A stretch of DNA of 63,229 nt, the filler included, from Bonamia ostreae (taxonomy: Eukaryota): assembly GCA_040357525.1 (NCBI GenBank). It is 29 parts of 29 records of this genome, joined end to end, with 100 filler letters (N's around TTAATTAATTAA, not from the genome) between each part and the next. Parts side by side here need not be neighbours in the genome. Positions count along the whole stretch, not along the records: positions 37,234 to 39,313 come from JBDODL010001063.1; positions 39,414 to 41,491 come from JBDODL010001064.1; positions 41,592 to 43,669 come from JBDODL010001065.1; positions 43,770 to 45,846 come from JBDODL010001066.1; positions 45,947 to 48,023 come from JBDODL010001067.1; positions 48,124 to 50,200 come from JBDODL010001068.1; positions 50,301 to 52,376 come from JBDODL010001069.1; 22 more parts are not named here. One strand, given 5' to 3'. Below the pieces are notes generated by a model. The model was not told where the DNA came from. It did not search any database and saw only the letters and a list, made by a program, of their open reading frames with translations. Of this stretch, positions 37,234-50,443 are shown in pieces. Made by a program: the position numbers and the translations under genes. Position 1 is the stretch's first letter. Each line of letters begins with the position of its first letter.

Positions 37234-38053
37234 TTTATAATTGATGAATCAAAGTCAAACGTTCTAGTACTCAATTCAAATTCTCTTAACTTTTACAAAG
37301 AAAAAACAAAATTATATGAACCAAGCTACAACGACAAAAGAACATCGACTGAAAAAGTTGTTGAAACAACAAAAAGCAATTTCGGAAGTATTTTAACAAG
37401 CATTTTCAGAAATAGTTTTGAACTCCTTTGCAACAACGGCCCCATCTGCAAAGAAACTATGGTCGGAATTGAACTCGAAATAAAACAAATTCAAATTAAA
37501 AACTTTGATTTTGACAAAATAAAAAAAATCGAGGAAACCGAAAACCGCCAAAGAATGGTATCCATTTTGCTCAAAAGCTATTATGAATATCTTCGTGATA
37601 AAGGATTGCGATTGTTGCAACCCTTTTACAACGTTGTATTGCTATCAGTTGGTTTATTTTTGCAATTAAAAAAGCGTCAGAACTGAACAAATTAAATTAT
37701 GTCATAGAACACAACGGCGGCGAAATAATAAAAAAAGTTCAAAAACAACTAATCTTTGAGGTACATTGCATTGTTCCAGTGTACCAACACGCAATATTCG
37801 TAAAAGGTAATTTTGCGGAATTTAAGATTTGCTTAGAAAAACAGGAGGGAAAACAATTCCGCAAGTATCTTTTTCGAAGATAACGATGCGTTTGATTGAC
37901 GAAGATCCATTCCTTAATTTACTGCCTCGTCAGATTAATGACGAGGACGAATCGGTTCAAAATAAGAGAATCTTGCAGATAGTTAACGGAGTCAGGAGCT
38001 TCAAAGGGATGAAAATAATAGAAGAAAAACAAGAAGACGATAGTTCAGAATAA
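37234..38053 (+). CDS. EF2-family GTPase C-terminus, most like EFL1/Ria1 (divergent, 5' truncated)
   Basis: FELLCNNGPICKETMVG, RLLQPFY, LLRKTGG..IPQVSFS...IDEDPF, IVNGVRSFKGM. Confidence 0.65.
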
Positions 38054-38478
38054 ATTTAAAATTTAATGCAAATTCTCTTAACTACTTTCAATAAATTTAA
38101 TGCAAAAAATGGACAGGAAGCGTCGACATTCCAACAAACAACTAAAATTAAAATGGAGAGATTTGATAAAATCTTTCCCTTTTTAGTCAATAAAGATTTA
38201 ACAATATCGACACTTTCCATTTCGTTCTTTGTGGGAATGTCGACACTTTCCATTTCGTTTTAGAAGATATTTCGTTTTAGCACTTTAACCATTTCTTGGT
38301 AAGATTTCATTTACAAAAACAAGTTTCAAAAACAGTTTTCGTATCAAATCTTTACTAACCAAAAAAAAAAGTGCACGCGCCATATATACAAATCCGCTAC
38401 AAAATTGATATATGCAAATTTTGTAATAAAGACCAACCAAGAGCTAAAAATTAGGAAATCATAAAAGTTAGTTATCTA

Positions 38479-39153
38479 ATGCGCGAAATAATTTCCATTC
38501 ATGTCGGGCAAGCTGGTGTCCAAGTCGGAAATTCCTGCTGGGAGCTTTTCTGCAGAGAACACAATATCGACGAAAACGGAAAGCTCAAATCGGTAAAACA
38601 TTTTACAAAATATCATAAAAAACTGTCTTACAAAAATGTCTTACAAAAATGTCTTATAAAATATCGCAAAAAAACTTTAGGACGTCGTAGACGACAAAAC
38701 ATTCACGACCTTTTTCTCGGAAACAGAAGGCGAAAAATATGTTCCGAGAAGCGTTCACTTTGATCTCGAACCGAGCGTCATCGACGAAGTCAGAAACGGT
38801 CCGTACAAAAATCTCTTCCACCCCGAACAGCTCATCAGCGGGAAAGAGGATGCGGCAAACAATTATGCGCGCGGACACTACACTGTTGGAAAAGATTACG
38901 TCGATTCTTGTCTCAATCAAATTCGCAAAGTGGCCGACAATTGCAGTTCGTTGCAAGGATTCCTGATTTTCAGTTCAGTCGGCGGTGGAACGGGTTCTGG
39001 TTTTGGGTCGCTGTTGCTTGAGCGACTTTCTGTAGATTATAACAAAAAGTCGAAACTCGCTTTCACGATTTATCCGTCTCCGCAAACGTCGACTTCTGTC
39101 GTAGAGCCTTATAACTCTGTTCTTTCGACGCATTCGCTGCTTGAACACAGCGG
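38479..39153 (+). CDS. TUBA: Alpha-tubulin (divergent; 3' part not in contig)
   Basis: [54 protein letters not shown]; intron 38593-38680. Confidence 0.97.
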
Positions 39154-39524
39154 TTTTGAATGATGAGCCATTGAGCTTTAGGACTTTGTTTAAACTATTG
39201 AAATATGTTAAAATAACGTGTTGTTTTTAAATATGGTTGGGGAGCATTGTTTAGCAACTCAAGTTTAGGGCATTCCATATTTGTTATTTTCGATTTCACA
39301 ATATCGTCTTAAANNNNNNNNNNNNNNNNNNNNNNNNNNNNNNNNNNNNNNNNNNNNTTAATTAATTAANNNNNNNNNNNNNNNNNNNNNNNNNNNNNNN
39401 NNNNNNNNNNNNNTTATCGAATTTTTGAATTTTAATGAAATTTGGATTTTTGAATTTTAATGAAATTTGGATTTTTTTATTGAATTTTTGATTTTTTTTT
39501 ATCGAATATTGATTTTTTAAAAAG

Positions 39525-41337
39525 TGACGGGATCGAAAATGGCTTTATAAAATCAGAATTGAAAGCCGAGATTGATAGGACAATGTCTTTGTTGCCAATA
39601 GCGTCGAGGAGAGCCAAAAGCAGCGAAAAGGATAGCTGCGAAATAAATTTGATGGCGCTCAAAATAATGAAAAGGTTTGTTGTTTTTAATTGAAGAATAT
39701 CGGCGAAATTGAGTGGAACGGAATTTGGAGAGTTTATGAACGAAAAACAGCAAGTGAACGAGTTGATATTGCAAGCGACTTCTGTGAAGAATTTGAGTCA
39801 GTGCTATGTCGGATGGTGTCCATTTTGGTAATAAACATTGTACTTTTTAAATTGCTTTTTTACAAACAATTTTAAACAGCGCCAAAATAATGTCAAAATT
39901 GCTTCTTTTTAAATAACAATTTTAAATAACGTCAAAATTGCTTTTTTAACAAACAATTTTAAACAACGTCAAAATAACGTCAAAATTGCTTTTTTTAAAT
40001 AACAATTTTAAACAACGTCAAAATTGCTTTTTTTAAATAATAATTTTAAACAACGTCAAAATTGCTTTTTTTAACAAACAATTTTAAACAATTTTTAAAT
40101 ATTTTGCCAAATTTCGTTTAATTTGACAATTTTCCCAAATTTATAATCAGTTTTCTTGTTTTTATAAAACAACAAATTTAATTTTGGCAATTTTATTTTT
40201 CTCTAGAATATTTGCAAATTTTTGTCGTACCATCTTGTTCTTCCATTCCTTTAAAAAAATATTCCGCTTTAATCGATCAGAATAGATTTCCAAATAAATT
40301 TATCAAAATACGACAAAAATTTAAAGTTAAACCAGAAATATTTAAGGAAGGAAACAGAAATTGCTGGAAATGTCCTCTGATAAAAACAAAATTTGCAAGT
40401 TCTATCTCGCCGGAAATTGCAAAATAAAGTTTTCTCAAAAAATTTAGAAATTGCAGTTACGTCCATTCAAAGGAAGGCCCAGAATCCATTTGCAGATACT
40501 TTTTGATCGGGAATTGTTTGCGAGGACAAGAATGCCATTTTAGACACCAACTCGAAAATGACAAAATTGGCCTCGAACACCAAAATTTTGCAGCGTCGAA
40601 AGAAAATGGCGACAATTTGAGCAGAACAGAACACAGAAACAGTTTTCTCAAATTGCTCAAACCAGAACAAAACGATTATTTGTATCCGCCAAATGGCGAT
40701 CAAGTCGCCTACAGCGTCGACCGAAATGTTTATTTGGAGGATTATGCTCTTCGCGAAAAATTGGAAAGTGAAAAGTTGTCAGACAAACAGAAACTCGAAC
40801 GCAAAGTTCTTGACGAAAAGTTCGTAGACAGTTTGCACCAAAGTGAAATGGAGTACTTTTTCAAAAAGCCGTTTGAAAAGGAATTTTGCATCGATACGAC
40901 AAAAGAGAAAAAATGGTTGGAGAAAGAATGCAAAATAGAGAAGAAAGGACGAGAGAAAAATCTTAAAAATTTTGAAATCGATTTGGACGCGGCCAATTTG
41001 ATGAAATTGAGCGGTTTTTATTTTTGCGGCAAAATTTTTGATTTTCGGTTCAAAATTTTGCCAAAAGCGAATTAAATTCGGAAAAATTTTAAAGATTTGC
41101 AAAATAAATATTTTCCGCATGTGCCAGCGAATATAGTTGCAATGTGTTTTAAAAGTTTTGGGTGTAACAAAGATGAAGCAATGTTTGAAAATTTCAATTA
41201 AAAGGAATTTTTTGGGGGGAAAATATGGAATGAAGAAAACTGAAAATTTGCCAAAAGTAAATTTGCCGAAAAATAAAAAATTGGTTAAAAATAAAATGGA
41301 AAAATGGGTTGAGACCGGCGATAATTTGAGTTTTTAA
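39525..41337 (+). CDS. CCCH zinc-finger protein with CUE-like segment, possibly Smr-domain family (partial)
   Basis: ICRYFLIGNCLRGQECHFRH; KIFPHVPANIV; WVETGD motif resembling the region before DUF1771/Smr; exon joining is tentative. Confidence 0.5.
39860..40095. repeat. Intronic degenerate tandem repeat
   Basis: AAACAACGTCAAAATTGCTTTTTT..ACAATTTT reiterated ~5 times. Confidence 0.85.
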
Positions 41338-41591
41338 ACTGAAATTTTAAAATTATTTTGCAATTTTTTTGTAAATCTAAAAATAATAAAGTTTTGTTTT
41401 AAAACAAGTATTTTTTGCGTTTTTTGCGCTCAATTTAAATTAGTTTTTTTGCGATTTTTTTGTAAATCTAAAAACAATAAAGTTTTGTTTTNNNNNNNNN
41501 NNNNNNNNNNNNNNNNNNNNNNNNNNNNNNNNNNNTTAATTAATTAANNNNNNNNNNNNNNNNNNNNNNNNNNNNNNNNNNNNNNNNNNNN

Positions 41592-43669
41592 AAAAAAAAA
41601 AACTTCAATGCAGATTTCAAAAAAGCAGAAAACGCATTACCAAAAGTGTGGATTTCTCTACCACAGTGTTTTGACTCGAGGACGGCTTCAAATTAATGAT
41701 ATCATGTTAATATTACATTATCATGTTAATTAGTTCATATGTACAGGGTCTTACATGGGCATTTACGATTTAAGAAAGACATTTAGTTTTATACTGTTGC
41801 TGAATATTCTGATTTTGCTTTGGTGCGTTGGACAGAATTTTTTCTAGATTCTATATATAGCCCTTGGGTTGAGTGATACTTTAAACTAATACGCAGGTAA
41901 TCGGTAAGGCCTGTGGATATCTTTTATAAATGAGAATATATCTCTTTCTCTATCATTTGTAATTTACGTGGATTTGTTTACATCAAAATGAAAACAGAAA
42001 TTATTTTATTGATATAGCAATGGTGAACTACTCAGTATATGTTTTACTAAGAATGATTAGGCATATTGCATAAAGGTTTTATACAAAAGAACTTAAGAAT
42101 CTTAATTAGCTAAGAATGTGTTTAAGAAATTCACTGTATATATATTTTCGCATATGAATTCATGTATTACTTCATCGTCCTATTGAACTCTGATAAACAT
42201 CGTTCTAAAAGAAGAACCATTACAATTATATCTAGGTTATAGATGTCAATATAGAACTCGACGGGACATGTCAACTAATTCTTCCTACGCTTTTCAAGGA
42301 TTGGTGTTTATTACTAGATAAATATAATCAATCATAATAGATCTGTCAGAGGCAAATGATTATCTACCACATGCTACCATTCTGTGTAAAGGTGTAGCAT
42401 ATGGTCTCTTACAAAATGCAGTTCAATTGGTGAAAAATTACCTCAAAAATAGGACAAAGTAGGCAAAATGTTAAGAAATATCAAAAATCATTTTAAGAGC
42501 AAGGTAAATACAGACCCCTGGAAACACGAGATGGGATCAGATTTCTGAGATGATTAAACATCCTTTCTTTGAGTGGTGACACCCGCCGTGAACCGTATAT
42601 CTAAATTAAGATGTATGACTAAGTACCAAACAATTTCCGCCTTGATAATTTTCAAGCCCTATCAATTCAAACGGCTAGAGCTTTTTTCGTTGGCTTAGTA
42701 CCAATTACCCTAAACCACTACTTTGTACGAACCCATATTCATTTGTTACCTGATACTTTTTTTCTGATTTGTCATCTTTCTTTAAAATTCTTATCAAGAC
42801 ACCATATTCTTTCAGAAAACTCAGTTCTACGGTGAATTGCAGCTTTTCGTATTATATCATGCGCATCAGAATATTGAATATGATAATTAGGTAGCATCTA
42901 GCTATTGAATTTAAAAGTACACCCGTTGTAACCTACGAATTGCGTATTAAACCTGTAGTCAAAGAATGAAATGCAGTATAAGTCATTATGTCATTTTATG
43001 ATAAGAACTTGAAAATAATTTATCTCTATATGTCAGTGAATGAGATTTGACTATGAATATGTATGGGTTCTTTTATTTTCGAATATCGAAATAAAGTAAT
43101 TCAGAGTCCGCAGAGTTAGAAAGCTATCAGACATTTTCCATATTTATTATTTTCCTTGGTGAATATTCAATGAATAAAGTATGAGTGCATGCCAGCGCAG
43201 GTTGCCTACTTTTATGTAAAAAAAAATACAATATATCTTAATCAATTAATATAAAAATCTTACCTGGACAAGCATGCTCGACATTTTCAAATGAAAATTT
43301 TATTTTATTTATTCTATATTTCCTTTTAAAATGTGTAGCACTGTCAAACAGTGGCAGTTCTAATAAAAATACTATTCAGTATAATTGATTTCAAAACGTA
43401 GCAGTTTGCGTGGGGAAAATCTTATAATTCAGTATAATTCAGATCCTGAAATACGAAAAATCAGTGACACCTCCTGAATCAAAAATAGAACTTGATTGAC
43501 TTCACAAAACCCGAATACAGGAAGGTAAACAATGCAGATTAGATTGATCAAGATGGGGCAAACTTTAGATATTTGCCAACAATATATCTCAAAAATAAGA
43601 TTCTTACTTGGGAATTCTAAGGGGAAAACAAGAAATGAATCAGAAACATGTATGTCCCCAGTTGCAAAA
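41592..43669. other. Non-coding host-type contig
   Basis: No credible ORF over 2 kb; contains oyster-type repeat fragment ~42505-42600. Confidence 0.7.
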
Positions 43670-43799
43670 NNNNNNNNNNNNNNNNNNNNNNNNNNNNNNN
43701 NNNNNNNNNNNNNTTAATTAATTAANNNNNNNNNNNNNNNNNNNNNNNNNNNNNNNNNNNNNNNNNNNNTTTTGCTTTTTAATAATTATTTAAAACGAA

Positions 43800-45443
43800 A
43801 AGGAATTAGAATTGAATAGAAAATATGATTGGTCCCAGTTTGACATAGAAACCGATAGAAAAAATTTAATTGGACCTGGTCTTACTGGATTTGTAAACTT
43901 CGGTAACAATTGTTATTTTAATTCTGTTTTGCAAATTATTATGGCACTTCCTCCGTTTTTTTCTGTTTCTTTATCAAAATTAAAAAACAGTCAAAATTTT
44001 TAAGCAAAAAAATATTTTAAAATTAGCTAAAAATACAAATTTGAAGATTCGAAAATTTAGCCAAATCCAATCATATAAAAAATTGTCCATCGCTATTTCC
44101 CCCAAATTGTTTAATTTGCCAATTATGCAAATTATCTGACGGAATTCATTCCGGGAAATATTCAAAATTCTCATCGATTTTTGACATTAATAAAAAATTG
44201 ACTGAAAACGAAAATGAGCAAAAGGGAATTGATGTTTCGATGTTTAAATCTTGTCTCTGTATCGATAATCCAATGTTTTTATCGCATTCGCAACAAGTTA
44301 TTTTTTATAATATTTTCAAACAAAATTTTGCTCAAAAATATTTAACTGTTTTTGCGATCAAATTAAAAACCAAAAAAATTTTGTAATAAAAAATAAACAA
44401 AAAATAAGGACGCTTTGGAACTACTTGTTTATTTTATATTCAAAATGGAAACTTCAAATTTTAACGAGGAATTGGACGTTTCAATTAATATCCAAAAATT
44501 GCTAAATTGCAAATTTTCAACTCGTTTCCAATGCCAAAAATGCAAAAGCAGTCGATTTAACAAAGAGCCAAGTGATTTTCTGTCATTGCCACTAAATATT
44601 CTCAAAGAAAAGAAAGAAAATGATTTGATGAATTGCTTTGAAAAGTTTTTCGAAGATGAGATAATTGATGATTTTAAATGCGATCATTGCAATGAAAAAA
44701 CTGCAGTTTCAAAGTTTGTCTTTAACAAATATTTTCAAAAACGGGACAAATTTTATTGAAATTTTTCCGACAAATTTTTATTTTTGGTTAAAATTATAAA
44801 GACTATCAAGAATAAACGAATTTCCAAAATTACTTATATTGCAATTACAGCGATTTGTCTTTTACAAGGAAAAGGGGGTTATCTGCAAAAATGGTAAATT
44901 AGCTAAAATAAAAAAGATTGTCCAGTTAATGTTCCGGAACAAATCGATTTGACCAAATTTAAACAAATGGACACAAATGCAAATGCGAAAACAAATGAGC
45001 AATCTATAGATCAAAACAACATCGATTCCTTAATGTCGATGGGATTTAACAAAGATAAAGTGACGAAAGTGTTAAAAATTACAGTTTAACTTTATTTAAA
45101 AATAGAATAATGATTTAGAAAAGGCTCTAAATTTGATGTTATCGGTCGGAGATGGTTTCTTAGAGGAAAATAATGCAATTAATGGTTCAAAAATTTTAAT
45201 GCAAATTGTAATTTTTTTAATGATTCGAAAATTAATTTGAAAGAATTCAAAATCGGCGGAAAATATCAGCTATTTGGCTTTGTGACGCATATCGGAAACT
45301 CTACTCAACAGGGCCATTATATAGCACATATCTTAAAAAACGATAAATGGGTTTGCTTCAATGATCGAAAAGTATTTCAATCGGATTTAAGGGCTGCAAA
45401 AAGAGCTTATATTCTGTTTTATATGAGCAAAGACTGGAAATAA
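43800..45443 (+). CDS. Ubiquitin-specific protease USP5/USP13 (Ubp14)-like (5' truncated)
   Basis: GPGLTGFVNFGNNCYFNSVLQ, QQ/DALE, UBA LMSMGF, GKYQLFGFVTHIG.S...GHYIAHI...FND. Confidence 0.9.
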
Positions 45444-45567
45444 ATCGTAAATTGCTATTTTTTAATAATAAAGCGTTGTAAATAAAGTTATTATAAATCT
45501 TCGTTGTTTATAAGATCTGTGATTTTTGATTCGAAATTTATTCTAAATTGCTAAAATATTCAATAAA

Positions 45568-45816
45568 ATGGCTAATTCCACAATGTTTCAGGCAATCCGA
45601 ATGTTGAAAAGAGTGAGAGGATTTTATAGAAATATTAAGTCCCTCCAAAAAATTCAACGCAATTTCCAAACTTTAAAGTCCGATAATAGCTTAAACAGAA
45701 ACGCAGACGAAAGGAAAATTATTCATATGAAAGGAATGACTATGGCGGGGAGAAGCATTTACATGGATATGCAAGCAACAACACCAATGGATCCCAAGGT
45801 ACTACAGGCAATGATG
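45568..45816 (+). CDS. NFS1: Mitochondrial cysteine desulfurase, first exon
   Basis: Basic presequence-like N-terminus then RSIYMDMQATTPMDPKVL.AMM. Confidence 0.9.
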
Positions 45817-45946
45817 GTTTTGGCTAAATATCGATTTTTAGCAAATNNNNNNNNNNNNNNNNNNNNNNNNNNNNNNNNNNNNNNNNNNNNTTAATTAATT
45901 AANNNNNNNNNNNNNNNNNNNNNNNNNNNNNNNNNNNNNNNNNNNN

Positions 45947-48023
45947 ACTATGCCAGAAATGTTTGAAAATGGCTGTACAACCGGAAAAACGCGAAACAAA
46001 GGTTCAATATTTAAAAACAACTCAAAATTCAAGATTTGGAAAAACGGTGCGCCATTTGTTTGTCTGAAATCGAATGTCCGAGTTTGCTAGAATGCCGCAA
46101 ATGTCGCGTCGAACTACACAAACAATGTCTAGTTCTGGCAAAATTCGATTGCAAAGTTGGCAGAAACGGCCATTTCGACAAATTCGTTTGCAGCAACTGC
46201 GACTCTAAAAATATTTTTACCCCAAAATGCGTTGTTTGTCCTATTAGTACGGGATTTTTTATTAGATGCGAAGAAAACAGATTTATTCACCTTTCCTGGT
46301 TAGTCGTCATTTTTAAAAATTCACAATGGCAAAAATCTGAGAATTAATTAAAAAGCGCTTTGTGGATTCCAGAAATACACATCGCCAACAAAATCAACAG
46401 AAAAGTTGTCGGAATCAACGATGTGCCTTTTGAGAGGTACCAACTTTTGTGTTTCTATTGCAAAAACTCGTACGGCGCTTGCATTCAATGTTTTTTCGGT
46501 TCCAAATTTAGGCGCAAGTCCAAACTGCTCGATATCTTTTCATCCAAGTTGCAGTTTTAGGAACAAAAACAGATTTATCATAAAAGACAAAAATTTTCAA
46601 ATTTGGAGTAATACCGATTTCGGTTCTGAAATTTTGGCGGAAAAATTTTTAGCTTTTTGTCAGTTTTTTCGATAACATTTTAAGCAAACACAATAACGAA
46701 AATGTTCTAAACGTCGAAAAGCAAACAGATTTTCTTTTTTTCAGAAGAACTATCAATTATCGAGAAAGCCCAAATTCTTCAAATTCTCGGACTTTCATCG
46801 CCAATAAAGTTGATTTTAATCGATTTTTTAAATTCAAAAAATTTGCAAATTGAAAAAATTTTCCGAAAAACAAAAAAGAAAAAATTGGAAAAGCCAAAAA
46901 TATTTCTTCCGTTGATTTGGAAAAATCTCGAGAGCTTTTTTGACAACAGATTAATAATCCCAATTTTGCGGTTATTAAATTGTTCGCCGAAAATCGATCT
47001 GTCTTTCGCAATTCCTGGTCAACCGCTGAGACGTTCTGTAAAAATGAGAATTTTGGAAAATTTTGTAAAAATGCCGTCATTTTTGGGTTATCGAGAAAAA
47101 ATGGCGATTGGGATATCGACCGATCTTTCCTTTTGCAGAATTTTCCGTTTCTTGGAAAATTTTTTCTGCAAATCAAATAGTTCGATCGACGAGAAAAAAT
47201 GTGTGTGCGAACAATGTCGTAATCTCAACGATTCTTTCGCTGATTTTATTAACGATTTTGAGTACAAAAACCCGACTTTTAATAAGCTTATAATTGATTT
47301 TTGTAACGATTTTTATTCTGAAATTAACAACAGCGATATTTTATTTTCAGTGAATTCGAAGTGTGTGAAAAGAAGAAGAAAAAGTGGGCGTTTAGCTGTT
47401 AAAAAATGTAAGAAAAATGGCGATATTTTAAGCAAAAACAATAAAAATGGAGATATTTTAAGCAAAAACAATAAAAATGGAGATATTTTAAGCAAAAACA
47501 ATAAAAATGGAGATATTTTAAGCAAAAACAAGTTAAAGAGAATATTTGCAATTTTTGAAAATAAGAAAACAAAATTTTATGTTGAAATGGAGATAATTAG
47601 AAAAAATCAAAATTACAAAACTTGTATAAAAAATTTTAAGGAAATGGCGACATCTTTTAAACTCTTCGATTTCAATTATACCAAAAATAAAAATTTTGAA
47701 CGATCTAATTACAAAAATGGTGAACAGATGATCAATTTGGTTAATAATGACGCTAAATTTAATAAAAATTGTAAAAATTTTGATAAAAATGGTGCAAAAA
47801 CCGTCAAAAAACGTGAAAAGAAAAAAAGAAAAAGTGCTCGAATAAACGAAAATAAATTGAATTTAGAAGATTCTGACGAGATCGAAATGCGAATTGAGAG
47901 ATTGCAGAAAATTTTGGCGGTCCAAATAGAAGAAAACAATAAAGCGAGAAAGCGCTTAACGGAAAATGACGGTTTAAAGAAAATGATTTTTTGTCTTCGA
48001 CAATTCTTCGAAGAAAAAGTTTA
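45947..48023 (+). CDS. PHD + extended-PHD chromatin protein (JADE/BRPF/AF10-like; partial)
   Basis: CAIC..C..C...LHKQC..CSNC; CVVCP..G; HLSCALWIPEI; RYQLLCFYC; GACIQCASPNCSISFHPSC after a 22-nt intron. Confidence 0.8.
47413..47531. repeat. 30-bp tandem repeat x4 (reads KNGDILSKNN in frame)
   Basis: AAAAATGG(C/A)GATATTTTAAGCAAAAACAAT repeated. Confidence 0.95.
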
Positions 48024-48143
48024 NNNNNNNNNNNNNNNNNNNNNNNNNNNNNNNNNNNNNNNNNNNNTTAATTAATTAANNNNNNNNNNNNNNNNNNNNN
48101 NNNNNNNNNNNNNNNNNNNNNNNTTCGAGTTGGAATACAGTAA

Positions 48144-49506
48144 ATGAGAAATCTAAACAAAGTAAAGCTCTGGTTAACAGAAAGACGTTTATCTTATGAC
48201 AACAAATTCTCTCTGTTCATCTTTTGTCTGACAGTCACAAAAAGCATGTTGGGCTCATTTATTTTTTTCCAACCTTTGATTATCTTCAATACCGGGATTT
48301 TCATCGCAATTTTCTTGCAGATTTTGTCAATGGCGTTTAGTTTTTACACTTTTGTTGTAATTGGGTACTATGCTGCGCTGGACCAAGAGATCCATTGGTA
48401 TTCTGATTTGTATCTTCGATTCGGTGTTCCTTTTTCTGTGTGCACAGATATCATCAACGTTTTGGTAAGAACAATATCCAATTCTTACTATCTGTCGTTT
48501 GCATGTTTTAACTCGACAATTTTAAGCAAAATTGATTTACGTCAGGACACAGAAAAAAATTGAATTTTACGGTATTGTACTGATGATGGGATTCCTCATC
48601 TTGTTGCCATTGTCCCTTTTCAAAAGTTTTTTCATATTAAAGAAGATTTGCGTTCATTGAGATTTTTGACAATAGTGAATTTTGCTCTTTTGATAGCCAT
48701 TTTGATCAGTACTTTGGTCGATTTGTTTAAAGGAGAAAGACAGAAAATTCCTCTCGCGCCTTCGAATTGGTACAATGTGTTTATTGCTATCCCTGTTTAT
48801 TCTGGTTCGTTTGATTGTCATGTCCTTATTCTCGATTTTTACAAAGATTTCAAAAAGAACGCTTTCAGTTTTAAAATCGAAAAATAAAAGGGAATTCTCT
48901 CGAACGATATTCTAAAATTTCATTTTTGGCGTTCTTGATTTATTTTTCGCTTTGTTTTTTGTATGGCATTTTCTTCGCATTCGCGTATGGAAATCATGAT
49001 TACGATTTTGTTCCTAGCAAATTCTCTGCACTTTTAATAGTGTTTTCGTTGATTCTAAGTTACAGTTATTTTGTCGGAAGTATTTTGAAATCTCTTGACG
49101 CAATATTAGGAAAAAGTTTTTCTTGTAAAATGAAAAGTCAATAAAAGCGCTTACGAAAAATCTCAACCATTTGTTTTCCGATCTATTAAATTGTTCTTTA
49201 TCGTTTCCATAACGATTGTTATCGCCATTTTTATCAAGAATCTCAATTTGCTCGTTTTGTTCGTTTGGTTTTTCAACTTTAAATTTGTTTTTGATAAATT
49301 TGGTTTTCAACGACAAATTGACCATTTTAAATTGAAAATTTAGGGCATTTTTGGGATCGATGATTGTTTATATATTCCCTGCGCTCATTGTGATTTTAAC
49401 CGAAAACAATTTTGCGATCATTATAAAAGTCATTAACATTGCAACGTTGATTTACGGAATGGTCTCGTTTGTTGGAATTTGTTTGTTTTTTAATCTGAAG
49501 AAATAA
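48144..49506 (+). CDS. Amino-acid transporter, Aa_trans (SLC38/AVT) family
   Basis: ~11 TM; KSMLGS, ILLPLSLFKNLRSLRFLT (after 22- and 20-nt introns), SFDCH, GSMIVYIFPA; stop TAA 49504-49506. Confidence 0.85.
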
Positions 49507-50047
49507 ATATTATCAAATTTAAATCATTTTTATCCAAAACTTCCCCGTTCTTCTTCAGTTCGCTTCCTCTTTTCGCCCCACATTTCTCCAGAATCTCGAT
49601 TGACCGGAGAGCCTTCTTTCTGTAAGCCAAGTCCAATGGCGTCAACCCCCATCGATCTGTCTGGCTCAGTTCTTTCCAATGTCTTTTCTGTCCGTTATAT
49701 CTGTTGACAAGCAATTCGATGACTTCGACGTGGTCTTTGGCCGCGGCCAAATGCAGAGCAGTGCGTTTGTCGTAATTCTTTAACATGAGATCAGCGGATT
49801 CGGCGACCAAGTCTCTAATTCCGTCCGTGTCGCCGACATCCGAAGCGCTCATGAGCGAAGACAAGTTCCCAAACGATTCGATGCGCCGCATTTCTTTCTT
49901 TTTGGGGATCGTCGCGGGGACTGTACAGGGCATGATTTTAACGCTTTCGCCGAAACTGCGGTTGCTTTCGAGATGATGGAAAGAAAATTGCTCGACGAGA
50001 AGTTCTGCGAAGCGAATAGCTTTTATGGAATTGTTGGTCACGTCCAA
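49490..50047 (-). CDS. GLS: Glutaminase C-terminus with ankyrin repeats (5' truncated)
   Basis: LD..NNSIKAIRF..LV..FSFH; GD..GIR; YDKRTALHLAAA..H.EV; DRWGLTPLD. Confidence 0.85.
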   Translation of the reverse strand: MDVTNNSIKAIRFAELLVEQFSFHHLESNRSFGESVKIMPCTVPATIPKKKEMRRIESFGNLSSLMSASDVGDTDGIRDLVAESADLMLKNYDKRTALHLAAAKDHVEVIELLVNRYNGQKRHWKELSQTDRWGLTPLDLAYRKKALRSIEILEKCGAKRGSELKKNGEVLDKNDLNLIIFISSD

Positions 50048-50443
50048 TCTTTATTTTTTGTAATTTGCAATTTTGAGCGGTTTTAAAATCATTTTTTTGT
50101 AAAATTAAATTTTTTGCAATTTTGAATTTTTGACGATTTAAAATCATTTTTTTGCAATTTGGAATTTTGTGTATCTTGTATAGATTTATGTTTTCTTTTT
50201 NNNNNNNNNNNNNNNNNNNNNNNNNNNNNNNNNNNNNNNNNNNNTTAATTAATTAANNNNNNNNNNNNNNNNNNNNNNNNNNNNNNNNNNNNNNNNNNNN
50301 ACTGTTTGACGAAGCCGGTGTCCGTGAAAGTAGAAAGCAAGAACACTGCAGCAATTATTTTATTTGTAACTAGTGGGGTACTTGAATTATATAGTATCGT
50401 AGGAAATTATTATTGATATAAGATATTTAGTATGACCTAACAA

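Noticed and set aside
33325-47939. Long F/L/S-rich ORFs such as 33325-33717, 40742-41120, 47313-47531 and 47709-47939 as membrane proteins
   Set aside because: Antisense shadows of K/E/N-rich real genes in an AT-rich genome
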